Source: a virus (taxonomy: Duplodnaviria > Caudoviricetes). From it: a stretch of DNA of 49,858 nucleotides. The position numbers and the translations under genes were made by a program. The notes beneath the pieces are model-generated. The model ran no database searches, was not told the origin of the DNA, and was given only the letters and a program-made list of their open reading frames with translations. The stretch is from positions 1-49,858 of IMG/VR virus record IMGVR_UViG_3300017766_003758, one strand, 5' to 3'. How positions within the stretch are numbered: the stretch's first letter is position 1; the number at the start of each line of letters is the position of its first letter. Positions 17,584-27,942 of the stretch are shown piece after piece.

Positions 17584-20231
17584 TGCGCGCACTGAGTTTC
17601 ACAGCCCAGAAGCACGGCATCAATCGCCAGCGCGTCAAGGCTGGCGCGAAGGCGGAGCAGCTGTACGATCTGGTGAACGGCTACGTCACCGGCTCCAAGA
17701 CGGTTGTCCCGCGCGAGGGCACCGTCACAGACACCACGCTGCCGTCGCACACGCGCGGGCTCACGGCGTTCGACAGTCTGCTGCACACGTTCTCGCACCA
17801 GTTCGAGGAGTACATTCCGGTCGGCTATCTGGCCAACGTGCTCTCGCACCCCACTGACAGCACGGCCACGCTCGACCAGATCCACTTCGCCCAGCCGTTT
17901 ATGAACGCGCTGTATGTGGTGGCCGAGTGGAGCGATGGTGAGGTGTACCACTACTGGCTGGCCTCGAGCGGCCCGTGGGAAGCCGACAAGGTGTACTTCG
18001 ATGGCGACGTGGTGACGCCCACCGTGCCGAACGGACTGCTGTACAAGGCGGTCCCGAACAACGCTGGCGTCACGGGCCTGCAGACCTGGACCGCGCTGAC
18101 CAACTATACGGTTGGCGATATGGTGCTGCCGACCGTGTACAACGGGTACTACTTCGAAGTCACCGCGACGCAGGGCGATGTCCCGATCTCGGGCTCGACC
18201 GAACCCACCTGGAATGAGAACGAAGGCGCGCTGACCACCGAAGCCACGGATGCTTCCGGCACGCCGGCCGCCGACGCGTCTTCGGAGTCCGCGCCGTCGG
18301 TTCCCCCGGATGTGCGCGACCGCTACGGCACGGGCCTGACCGGGCTCTCTGAGGCGGCCACGGCTGCACTCGGCCTGTCCGACTCGATACCGCTGTGGTC
18401 GCCCGGCACGACGTATCAGCCTGGGGATCTGGTGAAGCCACGCTCGGTTGCGCCGGTCGTCAGCTCGGCCATCCCGAACGCGGATTTCGAGTCCGGCGAC
18501 AGCAACTGGACGAAGGGCACTGGCTGGACGATCGTGAACACGACTGGATCGGGCAAGGCGGACAACCCGTACCAGGGCGCGTGGTTTGCGGCTTTCCAAC
18601 CGCCCGATGGTGGTGTCGAGAGTTACCTGCAGATGTCCACCACGGTGCCGGTGATCCCCGGCCAGTCGATCCAGGCGTCGTGCTACGGCGCCCAGAACGG
18701 TGGCAACAACCCGAACACGATCTCCACGCTCGTCCTGCTCTGGTATGACGACTATGACACGCTGGTGAAGGAAACCGAGGGCACTCAATACTCCACGGAC
18801 GATGCCAAGAACTACCGGGCCTACACGGTGTCGGACATCACCCCGGGGGACGCCACGAAGGTGAAGGTAGCCTTCAAGGGCTCGCGCAATGCGACGGGTA
18901 GCGCCCGCCGCCTGGCGGTGGACTCCTTCGCGTGGAACTATGTGAACCTCAGTCCGGTCGAAGCCGACTTCACGACGTACCAAGCGGTGCAGGCCGGCGT
19001 CGGCGTCTCGGCGGCCACTGAGCCGACATGGCCCGGCCCCGGCAACACCGTAGTGGACAACACGGTCACGTGGCTGGGCGGCGTCAACTCGGTCATCACC
19101 TGGACCGCGCGCCCGACCATGAAGTCCGGCTCGACCGAGCCCGACTGGGTGGAGCAGGTCGGCGCAGCGTCGCCCGACAACACGATCTCGTGGACGGCCA
19201 CCACTGGCTTGGTCGAGCAGGCGCCACAGTCGAAGATCGTTGCCCTCGGCGCCAAGAAAGTATTCGCGGCTGACGAGGACATTGTGCGCTACAGCGCCAC
19301 GGTGAACCCGCTCGACTGGACTACCGAGAATGACGCCGGCTACCTGCCGACGGGCTTGAACACCTACGGGGCGAACCCGACGGCGGCGCTCGGCCTGTAC
19401 CGCGGCAACCTCATGGTGTTCAACAGCGGCGGCTTTCAGATGTGGCAGATCGACGAGGACCCCGAGCTGATGGGGCTGCTCGACGCCTGCCCGGTGGGCT
19501 CGACCTACCACCTGGCACTGCAGTCCGTGAAGAACGACATGATCTTCCTGTCGGAGCTGGGCTACCGGAATATCAGCATTGCCGGGGGCTCGACCAACCT
19601 GCAGGCCGGCGACTTCGGCCAGCCGATTGACCCCTTGGTGCAGGCCCAGATGCGCGCCGGGACCTACCAGCCGCTGTCGCTGTACTTCCCCGCGCAGGGC
19701 CAATACTGGGGCATCTTCGGCCCGCAAGTGTTCGTCTGCACGTTCGACGATGATGGCCGGAGCTGGAGCCGCTACGTGTTCCCCGAGTCGATCACCGACG
19801 CGGCGCTGCTCGACACGGCGCTGTACCTGCGCACCTCGGGCCACAAGGTGTGGCGCGTGGATGCCGCGGCAGTCAACGACGACATGACGACGGTTGGGGA
19901 CACGAGCGGAACGCCCTTCGACGGCGTGGTCTGGTGGCCCAGCCTGGATCTGGGCAACCTTGGCCAGAACAAGCAACTGGATTCCTTCGACCTCGTGGTG
20001 ACCGGGCAGGTCACCGTCCAGTTCGGCTATGACCAGCGGGACCCCTCAGTCCTGACGACGGGCTACGATCTGGACGGGGACACCCTGCCAGGAACCTCGA
20101 TCCCATTCCCGCTCTCGTCCGTGAGTTTCGCCCCGAAGCTGACTTTCGCTGGGGGCCAAGCCGACGGCTGGGAGTGGATGGCCCTCAACCTTTACATTCA
20201 GGACTCCCGCTCTATCGGTTTTGCGGGTTAG
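17580..20231 (+). CDS. Tail nozzle/stabilisation protein (tubular B/P22 gp10-like) with inserted carbohydrate-binding-like modules
   Basis: Follows adaptor; propeller-like RYSATVNPLDW, LMVFN, MIFLS; insert with WxxxxxYxxGDxV repeats and PNADFESG..W. Confidence 0.7.
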   Translation: MMRALSFTAQKHGINRQRVKAGAKAEQLYDLVNGYVTGSKTVVPREGTVTDTTLPSHTRGLTAFDSLLHTFSHQFEEYIPVGYLANVLSHPTDSTATLDQIHFAQPFMNALYVVAEWSDGEVYHYWLASSGPWEADKVYFDGDVVTPTVPNGLLYKAVPNNAGVTGLQTWTALTNYTVGDMVLPTVYNGYYFEVTATQGDVPISGSTEPTWNENEGALTTEATDASGTPAADASSESAPSVPPDVRDRYGTGLTGLSEAATAALGLSDSIPLWSPGTTYQPGDLVKPRSVAPVVSSAIPNADFESGDSNWTKGTGWTIVNTTGSGKADNPYQGAWFAAFQPPDGGVESYLQMSTTVPVIPGQSIQASCYGAQNGGNNPNTISTLVLLWYDDYDTLVKETEGTQYSTDDAKNYRAYTVSDITPGDATKVKVAFKGSRNATGSARRLAVDSFAWNYVNLSPVEADFTTYQAVQAGVGVSAATEPTWPGPGNTVVDNTVTWLGGVNSVITWTARPTMKSGSTEPDWVEQVGAASPDNTISWTATTGLVEQAPQSKIVALGAKKVFAADEDIVRYSATVNPLDWTTENDAGYLPTGLNTYGANPTAALGLYRGNLMVFNSGGFQMWQIDEDPELMGLLDACPVGSTYHLALQSVKNDMIFLSELGYRNISIAGGSTNLQAGDFGQPIDPLVQAQMRAGTYQPLSLYFPAQGQYWGIFGPQVFVCTFDDDGRSWSRYVFPESITDAALLDTALYLRTSGHKVWRVDAAAVNDDMTTVGDTSGTPFDGVVWWPSLDLGNLGQNKQLDSFDLVVTGQVTVQFGYDQRDPSVLTTGYDLDGDTLPGTSIPFPLSSVSFAPKLTFAGGQADGWEWMALNLYIQDSRSIGFAG

Positions 20232-20244
20232 AATCGGTGAACAT

Positions 20245-20874
20245 ATGAGCCTCATCAATTTCAGCACTGGCGCAGGCGCCCTGCGGAAAACCGCAAAGGA
20301 AGCTACGGCCGCTCGGCAGGGCAACGCCTCGAATCTGGTGCAGGCCACCGACCAGTGGTACAACGACCCACGGCGCGAGGCGCAGACACAGGGCTTCATG
20401 GGCGCGTTGCGCTCCCAGCTGGGCGACCAGACGCAGCGCGGGTTCACCGACCTGGCGCGCGGCACAAAGTTCCGCACGGCCAAGGCTGGGCTGACGGGCG
20501 GGTCGCAGGACGCCAGCCGCCAGAAGCGAAACCTCGAGGACCTGTTCCGCACCCAGCTCAGTAACGAGGGGCAGGTGCAGGACGCCGGCAACCGCCTGCG
20601 CACGCAGGACTTCGGCACCCGGCAGTCGCTGATTGATCAGGCTTACGGCGTGGCCGACATCGGCCAGAGCGCCCAGCGCAACAACGCCATGAGTGCAGCC
20701 GATGGGCCGGACTGGGCTTCCACGCTGTACGGCGCGGGGCAGGGCATCGCCGGCGCGTTCGCCAAGCGCGGGCAGAATCAGGCGTTCATGGACGCCATGC
20801 GCGGCGGGACGCCGGTCGGCGGCGGCGCCCCGGCGGGCATGTACGATTGGAGCCTCGACTGGGGGGTCAAGTAA
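20245..20874 (+). CDS. Internal virion/DNA ejection protein
   Basis: Ala/Gly/Gln-rich and helical, follows the tail genes. Confidence 0.6.
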   Translation: MSLINFSTGAGALRKTAKEATAARQGNASNLVQATDQWYNDPRREAQTQGFMGALRSQLGDQTQRGFTDLARGTKFRTAKAGLTGGSQDASRQKRNLEDLFRTQLSNEGQVQDAGNRLRTQDFGTRQSLIDQAYGVADIGQSAQRNNAMSAADGPDWASTLYGAGQGIAGAFAKRGQNQAFMDAMRGGTPVGGGAPAGMYDWSLDWGVK

Positions 20875-21416
20875 TGGAACCCATCACCGGCACAGCACTG
20901 AGCCTTGGCGGCGCCCTTCTGGGCGCCCTTGGCCAATCTTCCAAAGCGCGCCAGACCAACCACATCCTCGGCGAAGGCTCTCGCGAGCAGCAGCGCGCTG
21001 GCCAGGAAAGCGCTGGGGTAATGGGCGACTTCATTGGCAAGCTGCGCCAGTCAGCGCCGGACGCGGGCGCTGAGCGCGGCGCGTTCATGTCGGCCATGCG
21101 TGGCCCTGGGGTGCGCGGGCCGATGACCGCTTCCCGGCAGTTCCAGGGCGACGCCCGCAATGCCACCGCCGGCGCGCAGGGCTATGGCCAGAACTTGGCC
21201 GACCTGTTCGCCCGCATCCGCGCCCCGGGGCTGCAGCGGCAGCGTGAGGGCCAGCTGTTGACGAACGCCGGCAACGCGCTGCGTCCGATCCAGATGCGCG
21301 CGCAGGACCAAGATTTTATGACGAAGTTCCGTGCCGGGCAGGTGAAAGAAAACCCGCTGTACAGCATCGCTGGGCAGGGCCTGCAGGGCCTCGGCAACTA
21401 CATGATTGGTGGATGA
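20874..21416 (+). CDS. Internal virion/DNA ejection protein (P22 gp7-like)
   Basis: N-terminal MEPITGTALSLGGALLGALG hydrophobic Gly-rich segment then Gln/Ala helices. Confidence 0.65.
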   Translation: MEPITGTALSLGGALLGALGQSSKARQTNHILGEGSREQQRAGQESAGVMGDFIGKLRQSAPDAGAERGAFMSAMRGPGVRGPMTASRQFQGDARNATAGAQGYGQNLADLFARIRAPGLQRQREGQLLTNAGNALRPIQMRAQDQDFMTKFRAGQVKENPLYSIAGQGLQGLGNYMIGG

Positions 21417-21417
21417 C

Positions 21418-22629
21418 ATGGCAGAATTCGCCGACAGCCTGTTCGAGCAGTACCCGATCCCGGCCCCGCCCCCGCCTCGCGCCTCCGACATGGTTGGCGC
21501 GTTCTTCGGTGCTGCGCCTGACCGGATCGGCGCGCACGCTGCTGGGCTCAAGGCCGGCTCGGAGTACCGCCTGCGCAGCGCGCAAGGCGACAAGACCCTC
21601 GAGGAAGCTGGCGTAGAGCGCGAAAAGCGCCTGCAGGCTTCGCAGGCCAATGCGCTGCGCCAGAAGGTTGTGTCGAACCCGAACTACCAGCCCACGGTGT
21701 CGGAAATGCTGCTGGTGGCCAACGGCGCCAACGACTTCGCCAGCTCGCGCCTCGGCTTCCAGGAATTCGACAACCGCTCGATACTTGGCGACCAGAGTGC
21801 GGCACCGGCCGCGCAGTTCGCTGCGGGGCAGGGCGTGCAGGGCAAGATGCTGCCGCAGCTGTACGATGTGGGTGGTGAGACGGTGAACATGGCTCAGGAT
21901 CCGACCGCGACCTTCCAGACCCCGGCGCAGCAGATGAAGGTCGGCGCCGACGAGGCTCTGATCGGGCAGCGCAACCGCTCGCCGGTTGCTGGCACCATCA
22001 TGTTCGAAGACCTTACGCCGGAGGAAGTGGCTGCCGCCGGCTTCGCCCCCAACACGGTGGTACAGCGGGACAGCCGAGGCAGGCTGTTCACGCCGCAGAA
22101 GCCGTCCACGGCAACGACGGGCAACTTGAGCTCAGCGCAGCGCGTTGCCGTGTCCGGCAACAACGCCCTGCTGGCGCAGATCGACAATGCCATAGCTCTC
22201 GTGGAAGCCAACCCGAATTCGTTCGGCCTGAAATACTCCATGGGCGACGTTGTAAACCAGCGGCTGGATCCGGGCGGAGTGACCGCTCGCGCCGCTGTGG
22301 CGAACATCGGCTCAGCGGTAATCCATGACCGCTCCGGCGCGGCCGTCAGCGCCAAGGAATTTCCACGCTTGACCCCGTTCGTCGGCTCCGTTACGGACAG
22401 GTCCGACTCTTTGGCGGACAAGCTGCGGCAGATGCGCGCCACCGTCGAAGATGAAAACAACGCCCTGCAGGCTTCGTGGCAGGCGGGGGCGCCCCCGGCT
22501 TCGCTGGCTGCTGCACCGGCCGGCCCTGCGGCGTCAGCCCCGGCTGCTGCGGAACCGATGCGCCGACTGTCGAAGTCCGGCAAGCCTATCGTCAGTATGG
22601 ACGGCGGCCAGACGTGGGAGTACGAGTGA
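21418..22629 (+). CDS. Internal virion/DNA ejection protein
   Basis: Ala/Gln-rich, RSGAAVS..E motif, position between ejection genes. Confidence 0.6.
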   Translation: MAEFADSLFEQYPIPAPPPPRASDMVGAFFGAAPDRIGAHAAGLKAGSEYRLRSAQGDKTLEEAGVEREKRLQASQANALRQKVVSNPNYQPTVSEMLLVANGANDFASSRLGFQEFDNRSILGDQSAAPAAQFAAGQGVQGKMLPQLYDVGGETVNMAQDPTATFQTPAQQMKVGADEALIGQRNRSPVAGTIMFEDLTPEEVAAAGFAPNTVVQRDSRGRLFTPQKPSTATTGNLSSAQRVAVSGNNALLAQIDNAIALVEANPNSFGLKYSMGDVVNQRLDPGGVTARAAVANIGSAVIHDRSGAAVSAKEFPRLTPFVGSVTDRSDSLADKLRQMRATVEDENNALQASWQAGAPPASLAAAPAGPAASAPAAAEPMRRLSKSGKPIVSMDGGQTWEYE

Positions 22630-25331
22630 TGCCAGTCCCGATGGATGACCTGCCGGACGACCTGCGCGGAACCGCGGTGCCGATGGAGGACATACCCTTC
22701 GGCGGCGAACCCCGCCGTGGTGCCGCGCCCAGCCGGGCGCGCGCAGCGAACGAAGCTGCCAGCCAGCGGGTGCGCGCAGCGAATGAGGCTGCCCGTCAAG
22801 AGCGCATCGCCAAGCCGCGACCGATCACCGCTTTCCCCGAGCTGAATGAGCCCACGGTGGACCTTGATCCGCTGGAAGCCCAGAACCAGGGCAATGCCGA
22901 CGCCGGCGCCGTGGCCACGAACCTGATCGCCGACAGCACGGTGAACCTGCCTGGCCAAGCGACGGGCTTTCTCGGCAAGGTTGCCGGCCAGGTCGGGCGC
23001 AATTTCGACCCCAGCATCGACCCGTCACAGTGGCGCCAGAACGCCACCATCCTGCAGGCCCCGCGCAGCCAGCGCGGCGACGAGCTGATGGGCGCGGCGC
23101 TGCTGCCGGCCGTCGAGTCATGGGAGAAAAACGTCTCCCCCGTGCTCGAGAAGTACCCGCTGCTGGGCGTCGCGGCCGAGACGCTGGGCACCGCTGCGGA
23201 AGGCGCCGGCTGGCTCCTTGGTGGCAAGGCTGCCGGCGACGCGCTGGGTGCCGCCCGCGCCCAGTCTCGCGCCGGGGCTCTGGCCCACAACCCCTATGCG
23301 CGGTCCCCGGTGGCTGATGTCGCCCAGCGCTACACGGTGGTCCCCGGCGACGCGCAGCAGAGCGCTCGCACGGTCACTCAGTCCGACATGCGGGGCAGCA
23401 CGCGCGCCAAGCTGGGCCCGCAGGTCACGAACTCCGAAGTCCCCATCCGCAACGCCGGCATCGCCACTCAGCGGGCCGTCGCTGACATGCCGGAAGGCAA
23501 CCTGGTTGACCCCAACGGTCGCGTCGATGCCGGTCTGCTGGAAGGGGCAATCGAGCGCCAAGCGGTGCCGTACAAGCAAGTGGCCACGCTGCCGGCCCCC
23601 CAGATGAACACCCTGGCCGACCGGCTGACGCAAGCGTGGCAGACGCGCGGCGCCAGCCTGAAGGGCGACCCTGTGACGGAATCGCGCCTGATGCCGCTCA
23701 TGGACCCCAACGCCCCGCCGCTCTCCACGGAGGAGCTGTTGACCCGCTGGCGGGAAATCAACGGCTACGCCTCGAAGCTGCGAAAGCAGGTCGGTGAAGG
23801 CAGCGCCGCGGCGCAGATCCAGAGCGGCGACCTGCGCGCGATTGCTGATACGCTGCTGGATGAAATCGACGACCGGGCTGCTGCGTTCGGTCAGCCCCAG
23901 CTCATCGCGGATCTGAAGCAGGCCCGCGTGAACATCGCCCGGCTGCATACGCTGGATGACGCACTGGATAGCACCGGCTGGCTGGATGCAACCAAGCTGG
24001 TCGCCATGGCCGAGAATGGCGTCCCGCTGACCGGCGAGCTGGCTCAGATCGCGGCCGACGCCGCTGCCGCGCCGCGCTCCTTCACCCCGCTGAAGCAGGC
24101 TGTGAACAACCAAGATGCGTACCTCGACCAGTTCGGCCGTGAGCCGATGAGCTGGATGCGCACGGCCATTGGCCATCTGGGTGGCAACCGCGCAGCCCGG
24201 CAGGGCGTCGAGGCGCTGAACCGCGACCTGCGCGAAGGCAGCGGGCTCCTGCGCCGTGAGCCGCCGCCCGTGGTGGTGCCGCCGCTGCAGCCGCCCCCGG
24301 AGCCGTTCGGACCCCCGTTCCCGACTGGCGCCCGCTCGCCGGTGCCGCCGCCGGCCCCGAACAGCGCACCGCTGGGTCCGTTCGATCTGCAGGGCAGCCG
24401 CTTCGCTGATGAAATGCTGAACCTCGAGCTGGTGGACCCGATGACGGGTAACGTGCCGGGCGCTGGTGTGCGGGGCTTCCAGCAGGCGCCGGATGTCCTG
24501 CCGTGGGAAGATCCGGGCCAGGTTGCGCCGGTCAGCCCTGCGGCGGCCAGCGGCGACTTCGCCGGCCAGCTGGGGGCTGTTCCGCCGGATCCGGGGCTCG
24601 ACGTGGGTGTCCCGCGCGGTCAGTTGAACCCGGGCCCGCGTGGGCCGCGCGACGTGAACCGCCTGGACGCGACGAACACCTTGAACCCCCGACCGCAGGC
24701 CCCGCCTGCCGAGCAGGGCTTCGCCGCGTCCATGCTCAGCGACGAGGTGCCGTGGACTCAGCCCGAGCTGGTGGACTACCCGCGCGGCTTCCGCCTGTTG
24801 CAAGACGACACGCCCGGCCCGCTGGGCCCCGACTTCGGCCCGGCCGATGAGTTCCCGGTGCCTGTCGCCCCGCGCGGCCCAGGCCCGCAGGGCGGCCCGG
24901 TGCAGTCCTCCATGTTCGCCGACGAGATCAATCCCCCAGCTGGCGACGTGGCTGCGCTCGAGGCCCGCGCGATGGGCGGCGAGGATGTGATCCCGCCGGC
25001 TGATGTGCGGATGTTCCGCGGCGTGCCCGAGGGCGTGGATCCCCGTACGCCGAACGAGCGCGGGTTCACCACATGGTCAAACCGCCGCCCGGTGGCGGAA
25101 ACCTATGGCCCTGTCATCGGGGAGGAAGTGTTCGATCCGACCACCAACGTGCACCTCGGCCAGCTGGAGGAAGCGCGCCAGATTCTCGGGCTGCCGCCGG
25201 AAGCAACGGCGCAGGATATCGCGGCGGCGGCGATGGCGCGCTATCGCGACGCCAACCGCTCAATCAGCTATGACCTGCGCCCGGAACTGGATGGCACGCC
25301 GCGCGAATATGTGATGTTCGGGGACCAGTAA
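22629..25331 (+). CDS. Large ejection protein with Pro-rich linker and C-terminal ADP-ribosyltransferase-like domain
   Basis: About 900 aa, helical N-terminal half; C-terminal MFRGV...FTTWS....AETYG.V...REYVMF pattern. Confidence 0.62.
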   Translation: MPVPMDDLPDDLRGTAVPMEDIPFGGEPRRGAAPSRARAANEAASQRVRAANEAARQERIAKPRPITAFPELNEPTVDLDPLEAQNQGNADAGAVATNLIADSTVNLPGQATGFLGKVAGQVGRNFDPSIDPSQWRQNATILQAPRSQRGDELMGAALLPAVESWEKNVSPVLEKYPLLGVAAETLGTAAEGAGWLLGGKAAGDALGAARAQSRAGALAHNPYARSPVADVAQRYTVVPGDAQQSARTVTQSDMRGSTRAKLGPQVTNSEVPIRNAGIATQRAVADMPEGNLVDPNGRVDAGLLEGAIERQAVPYKQVATLPAPQMNTLADRLTQAWQTRGASLKGDPVTESRLMPLMDPNAPPLSTEELLTRWREINGYASKLRKQVGEGSAAAQIQSGDLRAIADTLLDEIDDRAAAFGQPQLIADLKQARVNIARLHTLDDALDSTGWLDATKLVAMAENGVPLTGELAQIAADAAAAPRSFTPLKQAVNNQDAYLDQFGREPMSWMRTAIGHLGGNRAARQGVEALNRDLREGSGLLRREPPPVVVPPLQPPPEPFGPPFPTGARSPVPPPAPNSAPLGPFDLQGSRFADEMLNLELVDPMTGNVPGAGVRGFQQAPDVLPWEDPGQVAPVSPAAASGDFAGQLGAVPPDPGLDVGVPRGQLNPGPRGPRDVNRLDATNTLNPRPQAPPAEQGFAASMLSDEVPWTQPELVDYPRGFRLLQDDTPGPLGPDFGPADEFPVPVAPRGPGPQGGPVQSSMFADEINPPAGDVAALEARAMGGEDVIPPADVRMFRGVPEGVDPRTPNERGFTTWSNRRPVAETYGPVIGEEVFDPTTNVHLGQLEEARQILGLPPEATAQDIAAAAMARYRDANRSISYDLRPELDGTPREYVMFGDQ

Positions 25332-25334
25332 CCC

Positions 25335-27047
25335 GTGCCCCGTGTAAAGATACAGCTCGCTGACAACATCAAGCGAGTCGTCACGCTCGACACTGACGCC
25401 ACCAAGGGCGCAACGCTGGGCACGAACGTCTTCCTGCCCAACGGCCAGGTCGGCACGCCCACGTCCGTGCTCCAGTGGCTGGGCGGCGCTGTCGCGTCCT
25501 CGGGCGGCAGCAGCGGTGGCGGCGGTGTACCGATCCAGAACATCCTGACGACCAAGGGCGATCTGCTCACCCGCGATTCGCAGGTTCAGCGAATGGCGAT
25601 TGGCGACGAGGATGACGTGCTGCGCGTCAGCGCCTCGGGCCTGCCTGAGTGGCGGGCTGGCGCCGAGCTGAGCAATGTGGATGACACGAACGTCACGTTG
25701 ACGCTCAGCGGCGGCGCTGCCACCTCATTGCTGGCAGCTACAACGCTCACCCTCGGCTGGTCTGGCGTGCTGGCTGCAACGCGCGGCGGCACGGGCTTCG
25801 GCGAATATGAGGTTGGCGACATCCTCTATGCGGACAGCACCACGACCCTCGAGCGCCTGCCCGTCGGCGTGGATGGCGAAGTGCTCACGCTGTACGGCGG
25901 CGTGCCGATCTGGGCCCCTGCGGCCGGCGGGGGCGTCAACAGCGTCGTCGGCACGATCAACCAGATTGACGTTGACGACAGCGACCCGGACAACCCGGTC
26001 GTCTCACTGGCTGCCCCCGTGCTGGCGTCGCTGACGCTGGCCAACAGCGCTGTGCAGCCCGGGGATCTGGCGCTCGACGACCTGAACGATGTGAACCTTG
26101 CCGGGCTCACCGATGGGGATTTCATCGCCTGGGATGCCTCCACCAACGAGTGGGTGGTCACGCCCGGCAGCGGCGTAGAGCTGAACACCGCGCCCGAGAC
26201 CCGCGGCGCCTCGTTCTCTGGTGGCAGCAGCGCGATCATCGTGCCGACCAACAAGGTGCCAATCTCGATCCGCGAAGACTGCCGGATCGCCGGCTACGTG
26301 GTGCTGACGCAAGGCGGCACGGGCTCGTGCGTCCTGAACATCTACAGCTCGAGCTATGGCGGCTTCCCGCCCAGCGCCAGCATCTGCGCGAGCAACAAGC
26401 CGACGATCAGCTCCGGGGTGAAGACTCAGGACACCACGCTCACCGGCTGGACTACGGCGCTCGGCGCTGGCGACACGCTGCTGGTGGAATTGGAGTCCAG
26501 CTCTACGTTCACGTCTGTCAGCATCTTCCTTGTGCTGGTCCCGATCAGCTACTCGCCCCCGAGCGGGTTCGATATCCAGGATGCGCGCGACGCTGTTGGC
26601 GGGATCCTGACCGACACGGACACGATCACGTGGGCCTACGATGGCAGCACGATCGAAGCCGAGGTGGTGCTCGGATCCACCGGCAGCGTGGAATCGGGGC
26701 AGTACACGCCGACCGGCACCGCGGTGTCGAACTGCTCTGGCGTGACGCCCTCAGTGGCCAACTACATGCGCGTCGGGGATGTGGTGACCGTCTCGGGCTA
26801 CGTCACTTTCACGACGACCGCGGGCGGCGCCACGCTCACCCAGGTGGGCTTGAGCCTGCCGATTGCCTCCAATCTGGGGGCGAGCTACGATTGTGCGGGT
26901 GTTGGGGCGTCGGCTGGGACGACAAACAACAACAATGAGACTTCCATTCAGGGCGACGCGTCAAACAACCGCGCCGAACTACAGTTCTACTCCTCCGCCA
27001 CGGGCTCCGTGACGAAGTGGTACACGTACACCTACAAGGTGATTTGA
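25335..27047 (+). CDS. Tail fibre protein
   Basis: TKGDLL and GDILYA..RLPVG.DGEVL fibre repeats, LDDLNDV, C-terminal G.YTPT...YMRVGDVVTV receptor-binding-type domain. Confidence 0.8.
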   Translation: MPRVKIQLADNIKRVVTLDTDATKGATLGTNVFLPNGQVGTPTSVLQWLGGAVASSGGSSGGGGVPIQNILTTKGDLLTRDSQVQRMAIGDEDDVLRVSASGLPEWRAGAELSNVDDTNVTLTLSGGAATSLLAATTLTLGWSGVLAATRGGTGFGEYEVGDILYADSTTTLERLPVGVDGEVLTLYGGVPIWAPAAGGGVNSVVGTINQIDVDDSDPDNPVVSLAAPVLASLTLANSAVQPGDLALDDLNDVNLAGLTDGDFIAWDASTNEWVVTPGSGVELNTAPETRGASFSGGSSAIIVPTNKVPISIREDCRIAGYVVLTQGGTGSCVLNIYSSSYGGFPPSASICASNKPTISSGVKTQDTTLTGWTTALGAGDTLLVELESSSTFTSVSIFLVLVPISYSPPSGFDIQDARDAVGGILTDTDTITWAYDGSTIEAEVVLGSTGSVESGQYTPTGTAVSNCSGVTPSVANYMRVGDVVTVSGYVTFTTTAGGATLTQVGLSLPIASNLGASYDCAGVGASAGTTNNNNETSIQGDASNNRAELQFYSSATGSVTKWYTYTYKVI

Positions 27048-27048
27048 T

Positions 27049-27939
27049 ATGACTACGGCTACAAGCAACACTAGGCTACGCTGCGATAGTGATGCCACCT
27101 ACCAAGAATGGCGGGATGAGTTCATAACCAAGCTCGGCGTGCTGGTGGCAGGCGGGTACTTGGCCGCGGATGAAACGAACATCACTGCGGGGGCCGGCGC
27201 ACGCCCAACCAATTCCGAGCAAGGGTATGCGGTCTATCACCTGAACGACTCGCTGCACGGCACAGCGCCGGTTTACATCCGCTTCGGCTTCGGCACTGGT
27301 AGCAGCGCCGCCAACCCGGCAGTGTGGATGACTACGGGCACCAGCACGGACGGGTCTGGCGTCATTGGCGGAACAGCGCTTTCGGCAAAGACCCGGTTCA
27401 ACGGCAACGTAGGAGCTACCACTGATACGGCCCGGCCATCTTACTGGTCGTGCTCTCCGGGGTTTTTCGGGGTAATGTGGAAAATTGGAGCCGGCGCAGG
27501 AGAAGGCTATTTTTTCATTTGCAGGACTTGCGACTCCACTGGGGCGATAACGGCCACGGGGGCGCAAGCGTACTGGGCGCAAGGGGCGGTATCTACGCTG
27601 ACTGGGGTTCAAGCGTTTCGGTATGCAGCAACCGCCGCGGCTTACACCGCACAAACATCGTTGGCGAGCGCGGCGCTGTGCTTCGCCCCGCAAAGCCCAA
27701 CCAGCACCTTGGTGGGAAGCGACACCCAAGTGTTCGTATGTTGGACAATTACTCCACAAGTCGCACCCTTGTTCGGGGTGTGCGGGGTTTTGGATGCGGA
27801 GTATGGGCAAGGCACTACATTTTCAGTAGCTATGGTGGGGTCTACTACTCGAACTTACATAGCGGGGGGCTCATACTGCCCGGTAGGGCCAGTATCTACA
27901 TCGAGCTCCGGGCCCAAGCTGGCGATGCTTTGGGAGTAG
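27049..27939 (+). CDS. Putative tail-associated/receptor-binding protein
   Basis: Ser/Thr/Gly-rich beta protein right after the fibre; visibly more AT-rich codons. Confidence 0.55.
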   Translation: MTTATSNTRLRCDSDATYQEWRDEFITKLGVLVAGGYLAADETNITAGAGARPTNSEQGYAVYHLNDSLHGTAPVYIRFGFGTGSSAANPAVWMTTGTSTDGSGVIGGTALSAKTRFNGNVGATTDTARPSYWSCSPGFFGVMWKIGAGAGEGYFFICRTCDSTGAITATGAQAYWAQGAVSTLTGVQAFRYAATAAAYTAQTSLASAALCFAPQSPTSTLVGSDTQVFVCWTITPQVAPLFGVCGVLDAEYGQGTTFSVAMVGSTTRTYIAGGSYCPVGPVSTSSSGPKLAMLWE

Positions 27940-27942
27940 TGT

